63,389 nucleotides of DNA, filler included, from Octopus bimaculoides (GCF_001194135.2; 5 parts of 4 records of this genome joined end to end with filler, not necessarily neighbours in it); one strand, 5' to 3'; positions 24,128-36,881 are shown, counted from the first letter of the whole stretch. The notes: a model not told the origin generated them from the letters alone. A program made the numbers and translations.

Positions 24128-24460
24128 NNNNNNNNNNNNNNNNNNNNNNNNNNNNNNNNNNNNNNNNNNNNNNNNNNNNNNNNNNNNNNNNNNNNNNNNN
24201 NNNNNNNNNNNNNNNNNNNNNNNNNNNNNNNNNNNNNNNNNNNNNNNNNNNNNNNNNNNNNNNNNNNNNNNNNNNNNNNNNNNNNNNNNNNNNNNNNNNN
24301 NNNNNNNNNNNNNNNNNNNNNNNNNNNNNNNNNNNNNNNNNNNNNNNNNNNNNNNNNNNNNNNNNNNNNNNNNNNNNNNNNNNNNNNNNNNNNNNNNNNT
24401 ATATTACAAATATTACATTTCTAAATCTTTCAGAGAGACTGAAGCAGTAGTGATGCGATA

Positions 24461-24670
24461 AAGTAGTTGTATACTGCCAACTTAACGTGACAGTCCCAAT
24501 AAGGGAATATACTACTGCTATTTAGCTCTAGGAAGCTAAACCGCTTCCTGTCGGCCTTGACACATTTCCTGTCACCTTAACTATGCGAGGGGGAGACAAA
24601 CTCCTCCACCCAGCCTAGCCTGAATGCAGGCTAGTGACTGTCACGTTAAGTTGGCAGTATACAACTACTT
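24461..24670. mobile_element. MITE (about 210 bp) with perfect long TIRs and probable TA TSD
   Basis: 24458-24495 is the exact reverse complement of 24636-24673 (38 bp including the flanking TA). Confidence 0.85.
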
Positions 24671-24704
24671 TATATATATATATATATATATATACAATAT
24701 TATT

Positions 24705-25275
24705 ATTGAGTGAGATTAGAGAGCAGTGCATGCCATCAAAGTGACAATGAGGTAAAATATACGAAGCCCATTATACCCATCATGACTACCCGTCTGATAA
24801 GGGTACACCAGGCACATGCATCACAACCATATGTGCGCGTCATGGTGATCGCATGACCTCGCAGGTGGGGCCCAGTTAGAATTTTCTTCAGGTCGAGTAG
24901 CCCATCCCGCTCAAAAGATTCCTGAATAAAGTTTGTTTAAGCTTGTTGAGCATAACACCCATGTTTCCAAAGGTGAATTATTGAAATCCCAAAGAATTCC
25001 TCTCAACACAGGGCTATGATGCTCCCCACTACTTCTGCTCATGATCATAGATGCATATATTGTCATCCAACAAGGAACATGCTCAACTGGTTAAGGTCAA
25101 ATAACTGCCAATCAAATCTGTGGTATTAAGCAGAATATTTGCTGTAGCCAATCTTTTATACCAAGACAAACAATGTACATGATAACACTTCCAATCGATT
25201 AAGATCAGAAGCCATGAGTGCCACGGCCTGGTACTGCAACCGGGCATAGCCACAGCCTGATACTGCATCCGGGTA
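24705..25275 (-). mobile_element. Unclassified ~570-bp element bracketed by TAA/TTA repeats
   Basis: Non-coding block between TATTATTATTG (24697-24707) and a long (TTA)n at 25275-25365. I recall it as an abundant octopus repeat but cannot verify this here. Confidence 0.45.
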
Positions 25276-25300
25276 TTTACTATTATTATTATTATTGGTG

Positions 25301-25362
<62 letters not shown>

Positions 25363-25537
25363 GTTCAGTAGTTTTATTTTTATAACGTGCTTTCACTTCA
25401 CTACCGAGCACAGCTCTGTGTGCCTTGGGTATATGCTGTGGTTTGCTGTGGTGCTCTTATGTTTACTATATTGAAAGTGTTTTGCGTAGAATGTGTGCAG
25501 TACCCAGTAGTGCAATTTTCTGTATGTTATATATATT

Positions 25538-25637
25538 NNNNNNNNNNNNNNNNNNNNNNNNNNNNNNNNNNNNNNNNNNNNTTAATTAATTAANNNNNNN
25601 NNNNNNNNNNNNNNNNNNNNNNNNNNNNNNNNNNNNN
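25538..25637. other. Artificial scaffold spacer
   Basis: 44 N + TTAATTAATTAA + 44 N. Confidence 0.95.
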
Positions 25638-27044
25638 TATATATATATATATATGCATATACATATGTACAGAACATAGAAGATGGGCAATTTATGTATA
25701 AGCTATGTAAAGCTATATAAACGTCTATATGTTGTAGTAAGCGTCTATACAATCAAACGTACGACTGCTGCTGTCATGTTTATAGCTCCACGTCGATGTT
25801 CACAACTCAGTCTACTTTCTGTATAACCTTTAGTTAACTTAGATAGTGAGTAGTATTACGGGTTATGAGCTACAGATGAAATGTAATAAAGATAAGAATA
25901 AACACATGCTTATATTAAAGGTCCTTCGGCCGTTTCGTCATTACGGTTGTCCAAATGCGTATAGATACTGAACCATAACGGATGCTCAGAGAACACCTTA
26001 TTGTATCAGGTTAAGGATCACTATGTACCAAAGTATCCGTTATTGCTAACCATTTAGATATGCATTTGGAACATCTATCGAATGGCTCCAAACATCCATA
26101 AGGGTGAAATGCACATAGAAACTTATATATACTCTTGTACTTTTATATATATATATAGGTTATGAGCGATAGTGGTGTTAATTAGANNNNNNNNNNATAT
26201 ATATATATATATACATATATATATATCTTTATATATATATATAGGTTATGAGCGATAGTGGTGTTAATTAGACCCAGAGGTTTCAGGGAATGCTGAGTAA
26301 GTGCTATGGATAAACTATAGTTAAGCTCCAGGTTCGATGATTATGCGAATAAGGGGTCCACGTATCAGGGTGTGAATACAAGCCAATCACTCCTTCTTTA
26401 CAGGATGCTAAAAGATACATCCTTTTTCGCCAGGTATATTTGAGATTGGCTCAGACATATTTGAATTGATCCTGAGTATTCAGCAGTATGATTAATTAAT
26501 CACCTTGCTAACTTAATTAACGTGTAAGTGGCTGAATATTCTATTGCTACCTGTACCCTTGGTATAATGCTAAGATGGAATCAGCGTGACACTGTGATGT
26601 GTTTGGGCATTTAAAGCCCAGCTACACTCCATTCCGAGCTTCCATTTAGTTTCCGTTTACTTAGTACCATTCACGCCGAACCGATGCTTTGGAAAATATC
26701 ACTCGCCCAGGATGCCACACAGAGGAATATAAACCGAGATCTCATAATTGTCACGAAATCTTCCTAACCATTCGACCATACTGCACCTACTGGAAACAGT
26801 ATCGCCGAGAAAAGAGATATTAGGTGAGCGTTCTGTATACAAAATACAAATACAAAAATCTTTCAGGAGTCCCTGCATGATTTGACGGAACTGTGACAAG
26901 AACTCACTGCTCGCCTCCTAAGAACCAGAAAGGGGCAAGAAAAGGTGTACCCAAAATTGCTGTTTGACTCCTTCCTGGTCAGCAGACCGTGGCTGCCGGG
27001 ATCCTAATATTGAAGTCTCAATATTAAAACACACCGTATCCCAC

Positions 27045-29040
27045 GGAAATTTGGTGCATGGAATGTACGCACTTTGCTTAAAAAACACAACTAGATAAAC
27101 TTGGAAGAGGACCACGCCTTGTTAGTAGAGAATTATCAAAATACTACAATAACATAGCTGCTCTCAACGAAATTAGATTACCAGAGACTGGGCAGCTCAA
27201 AGAAAATGGACCACTTTACACAATCTACAAGCCAGAGAAAGATAAGGGTGACAGATGTGAAGCTGGTATAGCTTTTACGGTGAAGAATAGCGTAGCAAAA
27301 TATCTCACCGTCCTCCCAAAAATCCATAAGAGATCGGTTTATAATTCTGAGACTACCGATTAAAGGAACTAATAGATTTGGAAACTGCAATTCTAACGGT
27401 GAAGCTTTGCTCCAGTTTTGCACTGAACCAGTTACTCCCGACAGACACCACTTTTAAACTCACTTTAGGGAACTGCGCATCTTGAATGCACCTCCGCTTT
27501 AAACACCGGCACATGACTCACTACATCATTTGTCTGCAGAAGTTTCGGCATGGCATATGTGTTACCCATCCATTTGTGGTGCTGATTGCTGAACTGACCA
27601 TCGCCTATTGATAGCCAAGTGCATACTCAAAATAAGGAAATGCAGAGTTCCTGAAGACAGATCAACGAGATCTACACGGAACCGCAACAAACTCGGGTGC
27701 AAGAATAATAATCCTGAGAGTGAATCTTCGCTAACTCGTTCATTAGATACAATGGGCGACTCACATTTCTCTACAGAGGATGAATGGATCAATTTCCGAG
27801 ACACTATCTATGCATTCTCACTTGAAGTGTTAGGGAAAAAGAACGCAAACATCAAGACTTGTTTGATAAAATAGTTGGATTGTTAAATAGAAAGAATCAG
27901 TTGTATAAAATATTTCTTGTAAAGAGTGCATAAAAAAATGAATCAGTATACAAATTTCGCACTACAGAAAATTGAGTGATTTCAGCAACGAGCTTGAAAA
28001 ATACAGCACCAGAGTGAGATAAAAAGCTTGGATAAAGAGTTCCATATTTTACATGGATCCTAAAATACTGAGAACTGCATCTGCCCGTCCCTACTCAGCT
28101 CTGATGGCATGTCTTTATTGGCAGAGAAATCACTGATACCACAACGATTAGTAGAGTACTTTGACACTGTCTAAAATTGTCCCTCATTTAACTGTAGAGG
28201 CAATAAACTGGCTTCTCCAAAAGTCCCATTAACTAGCAATTGATTGACCCATTGCTGAGGATTATGCTCTGAATGTAACCACTGAAGCATAGACAATTTG
28301 CTTCAGCTTGTGATAATTTCGGTTTCATAGTCAGTCAGTGTTCCCATTGAGGATGAAGTAAACGCAAGAATAGCAAAAACCAGTCTTCATTGCAAAAATA
28401 AAAAAGAAAGAAAACTCATCTATCTAAAAAGCAAAACTCGACATATACAAAACTGGAGATTATATGAAGCCTTGACATTTTACCAAGGACAAGCCAGAAA
28501 ACTTAACTACTCCTACCTAACATGTCTGCGAAACATTCTTAACGTCAGGTGGCAGGGTGAAATTTCCAAAACGACTGTGCTCAAGAGGACTAATATGTCA
28601 TGCATATATGCTTTTCTAAGAAAATTCCATCTTTGGTTTAGTGGACATTTAGTGCGCATGCCCAACTCCAGACTCCCCGAACAGACCTTATTTGGTGAAC
28701 TACTAGTAGGCGCTCGGTCACGTGGTGGTCCAAAATTTTTAAAAACAGGATACAAGGAAGACGTTCAAGATTATCTTAAAAAACGTATAGAATGGAGCAG
28801 TCTACTTGAGAGCATCTTGCTCAGGATTGTTCAATGTGGCATAGTGTTGTGTTCACTGGAGTACAGTGGTATGAATTTGACATGACAAGAGACGCTAAAG
28901 AGTGGACGATTGGACGGAAATCGAGAGTCACACCGGGTTTTGATTTATACGCGAACCATTATAATCATGGATTCCATGCCAAAATGGACCGAAGAAGCTA
29001 CCTGATGACAAACAATGTGTAAAGCTGATAACATGGCCAT
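27045..29040 (+). mobile_element. Degenerate RTE-clade LINE (APE endonuclease and C-terminus, RT core largely deleted)
   Basis: FGAWNVRTLL, ALVSRELSKY, NCNSNGEALLQFC, GADC*TDHRLL, EDEVNARIAK and SGHLVRMPNSRLPEQTLFGELLVGARSRGGPK. Confidence 0.85.
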
Positions 29041-29069
29041 CTTCAGAGACATGACGAACCTCAGTGATG

Positions 29070-29200
29070 TACGACGGGCTACAATACTGTGTCGTCTACT
29101 AAATTCCCTTACAAAGTATTAGCAGGCCCGTAGTTATAGTAAAAGACTGAAGCCAAACGTCATGATTGGAAAGCGAACTGCTTAACCATATAACCGCGCC
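29070..29200 (-). mobile_element. Degenerate SINE family B fragment
   Basis: TACGACGGGCT...GCCCGTAGTTATAGTAAAAGAC...CTTAACCATATAACCGCGCC. Confidence 0.6.
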
Positions 29201-29208
29201 TATGACTT

Positions 29209-29264
<56 letters not shown>

Positions 29265-29479
29265 CAAATAGTTATATTTATCGAAATTGTGTTTTTGCAA
29301 TTCTAAGAATATGAGGTAAAGGAAGGGTGTGCTATTGGAGGAGGATGAGACAAGAGAGGAAAGTTTTATTTGGTTACATGAAAAGAAACAGTTCGATAAA
29401 GGTTAGAAAAACAACATGAAAATGGCGCTTCAACAAAGACAAATGTATTTAAGATAGTACGTATATACACATGCAAACA

Positions 29480-30008
29480 CCAGCCACACACACACACACA
29501 CACAAACAGGCATACATGTGTGTGTGTGTCTGTGCGCGCGCGAGCGCGCGCGTGTGTGTGTGCATATATTTGTGAATATACATGCCATATATTTTACATG
29601 ACCACACGTGTGTACATGCGCGCATGGACGCCTCTCTTTCCCCCCTCTTTCTCACACACATATATATATAAATACGCATATATAAATATATATAGAGAGG
29701 TAAATATAAATATAAATATAAATATAAATATCCACATATGCATAAATATATGCATAAATACATGCAGAAAAAAAAACACACATATATATTCGTATGTATT
29801 TATCAAACACAAACTATATAAAAAATATATAGAGATACTCAAATGCATATTCGCACACGCGCACATACACACATACACACAATTATACTTTCCTACCTAC
29901 CTACAGACATACATACGTGTGCACAGTCTCCCTCTCTATACATGTTTGTGTGTATATAAACATATGAGCATACATATACATACATACATATATATGTGTG
30001 TGTGTCTG

Positions 30009-30062
<54 letters not shown>

Positions 30063-30263
30063 TATATATATGCATATATATATATATGCATATATATGTA
30101 TGCCTTTGTGCCTGTATGTTTTGTGTGGTGCGTCTGCTTGCGTGTATACTTGAAATAACCGGTGGCAATTCTCTGGCGTTCAGTAGTTGAGTGTATGTTG
30201 CGTCACACTGTATTCGTTACATGCGTATGTGTGCGCACGCGTACGTGTGTTTGCGTACGTGAG

Positions 30264-30306
<43 letters not shown>
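29480..30306. repeat. Compound CA/TA/TG/CG microsatellite field
   Basis: Direct inspection. Confidence 0.95.
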
Positions 30307-30308
<2 letters not shown>

Positions 30309-31279
30309 ACTGAGTAAAGAAAAGATGCAGGTGCTACTTCCTTTCTATCCCTTCTAGGCATTTGATCATTGGTACCATATCGTCCCGCTTCAATACTCAA
30401 CAACTATTCCTCGAATCGAAAAGAGTTCGCCTCAAGATGTGCTCCCAGCGACAGGCAGATGATGAATTGNNNNNNNNNNNNNNNNNNNNNNNNNNNNNNN
30501 NNNNNNNNNNNNNNNNNNNNNNNNNNNNNNNNNNNNNNNNNNNNNNNNNNNNNNNNNNNNNNNNNNNNNNNNNNNNNNNNNNNNNNNNNNNNNNNNNNNN
30601 NNNNNNNNNNNNNNNNNNNNNNNNNNNNNNNNNNNNNNNNNNNNNNNNNNNNNNNNNNNNNNNNNNNNNNNNNNNNNNNNNNNNNNNNNNNNNNNNNNNN
30701 NNNNNNNNNNNNNNNNNNNNNNNNNNNNNNNNNNNNNNNNNNNNNNNNNNNNNNNNNNNNNNNNNNNNNNNNNNNNNNNNNNNNNNNNNNNNNNNNNNNN
30801 NNNNNNNNNNNNNNNNNNNNNNNNNNNNNNNNNNNNNNNNNNNNNNNNNNNNNNNNNNNNNNNNNNNNNNNNNNNNNNNNNNNNNNNNNNNNNNNNNNNN
30901 NNNNNNNNNNNNNNNNNNNNNNNNNNNNNNNNNNNNNNNNNNNNNNNNNNNNNNNNNNNNNNNNNNNNNNNNNNNNNNNNNNNNNNNNNNNNNNNNNNNN
31001 NNNNNNNNNNNNNNNNNNNNNNNNNNNNNNNNNNNNNNNNNNNNNNNNNNNNNNNNNNNNNNNNNNNNNNNNNNNNNNNNNNNNNNNNNNNNNNNNNNNN
31101 NNNCTAGTTATGTTACTGTTGGAGTTTGCGATGGACGTGCTGGATTTGTGGTGGTCACGTTGATAATCGCACTGGTTGTTGTGTTGGCGCTGGCATTAGT
31201 GGTTGTGATAAAGATGGTGGTGGTTGTATTGGAGATGGTAGGAATAGTGGTATGAATTTTGGTAACGGTATTAGTTTGA

Positions 31280-31434
31280 GGTAGTAGTGCTTAAAAAGTG
31301 GTAGCTATGATGAGGGTAGCTGCAGTAGTGGTCTGTTAGTGGCAGTGGTTTCAGTAGTAGTAGTAGTAGTAGTAGTAGTAGTTGTAGTAGTAGTAGTAGT
31401 TGTAGTTGTAGTAGTAGTAGTAGTAGTGGTAGTG

Positions 31435-31465
<31 letters not shown>

Positions 31466-31478
31466 TAGTAGTAGAAGT

Positions 31479-31513
<35 letters not shown>

Positions 31514-31523
31514 TAGCAGCAGC

Positions 31524-31554
<31 letters not shown>

Positions 31555-31608
31555 GCAGNNNNNNNNNNCAGCAGCAGCAGCAGTAGTAGTAGTAGTAGTA
31601 GCAGCAGC

Positions 31609-31639
<31 letters not shown>

Positions 31640-31672
31640 GCAGCAGCAGCGGTGGTAGTAGTAGTAGTAGTA

Positions 31673-31720
<48 letters not shown>
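31280..31720. repeat. (TAG)n/(CAG)n trinucleotide field
   Basis: Direct inspection. Confidence 0.95.
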
Positions 31721-32136
31721 AAATGGATGTGGTGGTGGAAAATAAAAGCATCGTTTTATCTTTTAGTCAGCGGGGTAGGTGGTAGTAGTACCCATGACCC
31801 TTACAAGACCTTAGAGACTGGTGGGTATAGAGAGGGAGGAAGGATATCGTCTTCAAATGACCCCCAATGTTTGCATCATAGTGAACTCCGCTAAAGGCGA
31901 CCACGTTGCCAAGTAGTGATGTTAAATCAGAGAACAGACTAAGTAATGCCACCCAAGCAGGCCACAGATGGATTTGAACTCAGAACCCAAAGAGCGGAAG
32001 AAATGCAGTATCCGGTCCAACGTTCTTTTATTTCCGCCAAATCTGCCGCCCTGGGTTATTACTTATTTTTCATTTATCAATCTTGAATGGATGAAAGGAA
32101 AGTTCCCTCGGTGGGATTTTAACTCAGAGTGCTTAT

Positions 32137-32350
32137 AATTCTTTTCTACTCTAGGTGCAAGACCCGAAATTTTGGGGGAGGAGCCAGTCGATTAAATCGA
32201 CCCCAGAACGTAGCTGGTATCTAATTTATCCAATTCAAAAGGATAAAAGGCAAAGTCAACCTCGGCGAAATTTGAACTCAGAACACAAAGACAGATGGAA
32301 TACGGCTAATCATTTCCCCCGACGTGCTAACGTTTCTGCCAGCTCGCCCT
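32137..32350 (-). mobile_element. SINE family A (tail Y), preceded by further degenerate pieces at 31975-32130
   Basis: Reverse head GTGCTAACGTTTCTGCCAGCTCGCC and reverse tail TCTAGGTGCAAGACCCGAAATTTTGGGGGAGG. Confidence 0.88.
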
Positions 32351-32484
32351 GGAGTGGAAGTATTACATATAAACAGCCACGTATTCGTCTATCTCTCTGT
32401 GTGTCTATCTGTCTCTGTCTGTCTATCTGTCTCTGTCTGTCTATCTGTCTGTCTCTGCCCTTCACTCTCTCTTACTCCCTTTCC

Positions 32485-32520
<36 letters not shown>

Positions 32521-32595
32521 TTCTCAGTGTTAATCATATTATTCCTGATTATGACGCCACTCTATTTTACCTGGGTAGAAATTAAAAGCAGCGAT

Positions 32596-32978
32596 GGCGG
32601 CAAGCGCCGGGTGAAATGCTTAGCAGTATTTCTTCTATCTTTACGTTCTGAGTTCAAATTCCACCGAGGTCGATTTTGCCTTTCATCCTTTCGGATCGAT
32701 AAATTAAGTACCAGTTACGCACTGGGGTCGAGGTAATCGACTTAATCCCTTTGTCTGTCCTTGTTTGTCCCCTCTATGTTTAGCCCCTTGTGGGCAATAA
32801 AGAAATAAGAAACGTTAGCACTCCGTCTTTACGTTCTGAGTTGAAATTCCGCCGAGGTCGACTTTGCCTTTCATCCTTTCGAGGTCGATACATTAAGAAC
32901 CAGTTGCGTACTGGGGTCGATCTAATCGACTGGCCTCCTCCCCCAAAATTTCGGGCCTTGTGCCTTGAATAGAAAGGC
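32596..32978 (+). mobile_element. SINE family A dimer (tail X monomer + tail Y monomer)
   Basis: Two bodies joined at AATAAAGAAATAAGAAACGTTAGCA (32796-32820). Confidence 0.9.
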
Positions 32979-34309
32979 AATTGAAGTCGGTAGCACTAGT
33001 TACCAAACTATCAATCTATTTCACAGTGCAGCTAATGCTACGTATAAGCACTACAATATACCATTCTACCGTACCAAATTACAGATAAGTTGACACAGGT
33101 GTATTGCAGTAAATAAGATCTTTCAGAAATATGTCATTGACCGTTACCTGTTTTTCAGCAGAAATCGGGAATCTAAACACTTTTATATATGCAAGAGTAA
33201 AAGAGACAATGAATCGAATTGTAAAGTAATGCGCTGCCGTTTAAAAGTGGTGGCCTGCAGTAGCAAAATTCAGTCCAGTGAAGTTATGAAAATAAGAATT
33301 AAATAACTAAACAAGAATAGCTTAGTATTCCACCACGACAAGTTAACTCTCACGTTCTCTGACTCACCCTTGAAGGACAAAGTTTACTCGTTTCTTCTTG
33401 AAAGAATTCCATTATCTTAACTTCGGTAAGTGTAAACCTAACATTTCTAAGCTAAAATATTAGGTTTACAATTACCTAACATTTCTAAGCCGAAGTTTTC
33501 CAATGTTTGTTGGCATTATGGTTGACCTGTTAATCCCCTGTGTAGTGAGCCAGATGATCTTTTGAACCGAAGATAGTCGTAGTGAATCCCTTAATCTATT
33601 CAGTTGCAGGACTCTTTTTCTTAACATATTGCGTCGTACACGTTAAACCGAATACTTTAATTCTATTGCAGCATGTTGGCACTACCAAAGGCTTCATTTT
33701 TGTGTTGCGTATCGTAGCTCATCACACTTCGTTGAACTCGGTACTGCAAGCTGACAAACGACTTTGACGAATTTACTATGTCCATGTACATAAAAGTCAC
33801 ACATGTTGTCCCTACCACGCGGTATTTTGAGATAGGTGGGGCTGGGGCATCTACGAGTTAACTGATTTCAATTTAGAATCAGTGACCAAATAAGAATTAG
33901 CAATCTAGTTTTGGGTGTTCCATTTAGACTTTAATGGAGACTCTCCTAAAAGAAAAGGACATGAATCAGAACGTTTTGAACAGCAGTTTATGTGTAGTTA
34001 CGTTCAATGAAGAACACACACACACACACACAAAACACACACAAAACACACGCATACACACACTAATCGCATGGCTAGACAACTACTTAGTGATAGTAGT
34101 ATTAGTTGTTGTTCTTCTTGTAATATTTGTAGTAGAAACAACAGCAACTGCAATGGCAGAAACGGCTGCATAAAATGTGCAGCAGGAGTGGTGGTCACAG
34201 TGACGGTAGTAATAGTATAGGTGTAGTAATAACGGTAATATACTCCTCCCCCCACGTCGTCCGCATCCTTTCTCTCTCATCATATTATCGTCAGCAGCAA
34301 TATTAACAG

Positions 34310-34319
34310 CAGCAGCAGC

Positions 34320-34374
<55 letters not shown>

Positions 34375-34570
34375 CCACGGTAATGTTAGTAGCGATAGTG
34401 GTGATAGTTGTATTAACACCAATCGGAGAAGTAGCAGCAGCAGCCACTGNNNNNNNNNNNNNNNNNNNNNNNNNNNNNNNNNNNNNNNNNNNNNNNNNNN
34501 NNNNCCGCCGCCGCCGCCACCACCGCCGCCATCACTGCCGCCGCCACCGCTACAGCAGCAGCAGTAGTGA
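34310..34570. repeat. (CAG)/(TAG)/(CCG) trinucleotide tracts around a gap
   Basis: Direct inspection. Confidence 0.9.
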
Positions 34571-35542
34571 TAGCAGCGATATGTGTTGGTGGTAGTGTCG
34601 GTGATGGCGGTAGCGGTTGGCCAGCAATCACCGTCTGGCTGCTTCAAGATAGGAAACGTTGCTCTAAGGTAAAATGCGAGTGTCGTTCGAGACACCACAC
34701 CATTCACTACTCACCTCCAGCCCCCATCTCTTTCCTTTGCGCCGTCACAACGTTCCCCCCTCCCACCACCACCACCACCACCACCACCTTCAGCACATCA
34801 ACAAAACTTTGCTTGAAGACAATTCTAAATCTGGTCTTTTGTCAAACAGTGCCAACGTCTTTTCTTTTCTTTCTTGCTTTCTTTCCTTTCTCTGTATTCA
34901 TTTCTTTCATTCGTTGATGATTTATTTCTCTCCTCCCTCTCCTTTGTATATTTGTCCATCTGTCGGTCAGTCCGTCTGCCTGTCTGTCTCTTTGTCACAC
35001 TTTTTTCCCTTCCTGCCTGTCTACCTATCTGCTGTTTGTTCGTCTTTCATATTTGTATCTCTCGGTTTGACTTACCTTCTGATGTCTTTACTATTCCGTC
35101 TGTCTTTATAACATCCACTGCATGATGGCCTATCTTTATGGTGTATATTTCGTCTATCTTTCTTATGTACATTATCTCTTTAGTCTATCAATATCCATTC
35201 CGATGTGACTATTGTTTTTAACTCATGTGAATACCGCTCATTCTTTCTATCGTCCTGAACTCCGTTCGGTCTATTATTATGGTTGTCTCAGTCACGTCTC
35301 TCTTTTGGTTCAGTTTTCTCACATAAGCAATAAATGATTGACTATTTTTTCCACGCTTCTTTTATTGTTGGTCTATCTTTTTGACACATGTTCTACCTGT
35401 CGGTCTATATTTCTTGCATGCGTTGTTCACATTAGTTTATCTTTCTGTTACGAGTTCTGACTCTTACTCTATCTCTCCGATAACTGTTCTATCTGTTTGT
35501 CTTCCTTATATATGTTGTGCTGAGTTGCATCAGGCATTATAT

Positions 35543-35812
35543 TTCAATTATTTCAGTTATAGGATTGTGGCCAAGTTGGGGCACCAACTTGAAGGGTTTT
35601 AGTACTCCAGTACTTCTTTTTTGAAGTCTGGTACTTACCTTATCTTTGTAGACAGGCTTCTACACAATTTCCGACAACCAAATTTGCCCACATGAAATTG
35701 GTCGGCTCGGAGTTATTATAGAAAAACACTTGCCCAAAGTGTCGTGCAGTGGAGTTGAATCCGAAATTATGTGATTGTAAATAAGGATTCTTAACCACAT
35801 CCCTATCGCTGC
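35543..35812 (-). mobile_element. Degenerate SINE family B
   Basis: AACACTTGCCCAAAGTGTCGTGCAGTGGAGTTGAATCCG...CTTAACCAC. Confidence 0.7.
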
Positions 35813-36256
35813 GTCGATATCATCTCTACCTTTTCCATATCTTTTTTTCATCTATTCGTATTGCATCTTGACATATGTCCCAGGTTGACCTCAATCTCAG
35901 GTTAATCTTTTTCTAAAACATGTATGACCAAATACCTTGCAATCATCTTCATCATCCTGTTTTTAGGGGGTCTCTTGGCTACATTACCAGCTTTACAAAT
36001 CTAGGCTGTTATTTGAGAGAAATTTTGTTGCTATTTTTAATAGGTCAGGTTACTTCAGAACGTTCACTCACTGACTCGCACTTTTATTTGTTTCAAAATC
36101 ACTTGTGCCGGTTTAGCTATCTCTCTTGCATTCATTCGGCAGATGTTCCTCTCTTTCTGACGTCATTTCTCACTATTCAGCTATTATTCTGAACTTTATT
36201 CCGTTAATTTGTAAGACGTTCGTTTAAATGACCGAACGAATTGAGCAGAAAGCACA

Positions 36257-36881
36257 AACCCATGCCTTTTCATTAGTGATGACAGTCTTCATGAAGTCTG
36301 AATCGTGGTTTGCACAGTCCAGCATGTCCTGAGCGATTTCCATGCGGAGTTGCTTATGCTACTCCGCCAGCATCTTGGGGACGAATTTCACCGACACTCT
36401 CCGTATGCTCAAATCCTCCGCTAAATTGGAATGCACTGATCTTGTGCTTATTCCTATTTCGTGAGCCATTTCTTGGATTGATACACAGTCGGCTCTTCCT
36501 TTCGGCTTGTGGATGGCCTGCCTGAGTGTGCCTTGCTTTCCTCTGAGGTGCGGCGATGTTCGAAGCGGTTGTACCAGGCGTTGATCTGAGATTTGCCCAT
36601 GCCAATATCGCTAAAGGCCTGCTGATTCTTCTGGATGGTTCGAGGTTGAGTATCACCACGCTTTTGGCAAAACTTGATGCAATGTCTGCTCGATGCATTC
36701 GGTGGAATCGAAAATCCGACGAGCGCGCACAAAACGTCTGTACTCTAGGTGTAACAGCCAGGAACTGACGTGGCATACTGGCCCAAAACTTTTCAAACAT
36801 GCGCAGAAAAAGTGGCGTCGCCCGCCAATGCAGCATTAATTTTGGCGTGAAAAAAGTCAGATACTCTTTGAACGCACCTCG
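36257..36881 (-). mobile_element. Mariner transposon, 5' half with TIR
   Basis: Terminus TA|CGAGGTGCGTTCAAAGAGTATC. Protein HCIKFCQKRG...WYNRF...HSGRPSTS...KFVPKML...FMKTVITNEKAWV. Confidence 0.88.

Noticed and set aside
26140-26270. Duplicated GGTTATGAGCGATAGTGGTGTTAATTAGA
   Set aside because: It flanks a 10-N gap, so it is an assembly overlap artefact.
34600-34680. Possible exon ending AAG|GTAAAA
   Set aside because: There is no clear acceptor, the upstream sequence is trinucleotide repeat, and no protein similarity is recognised.
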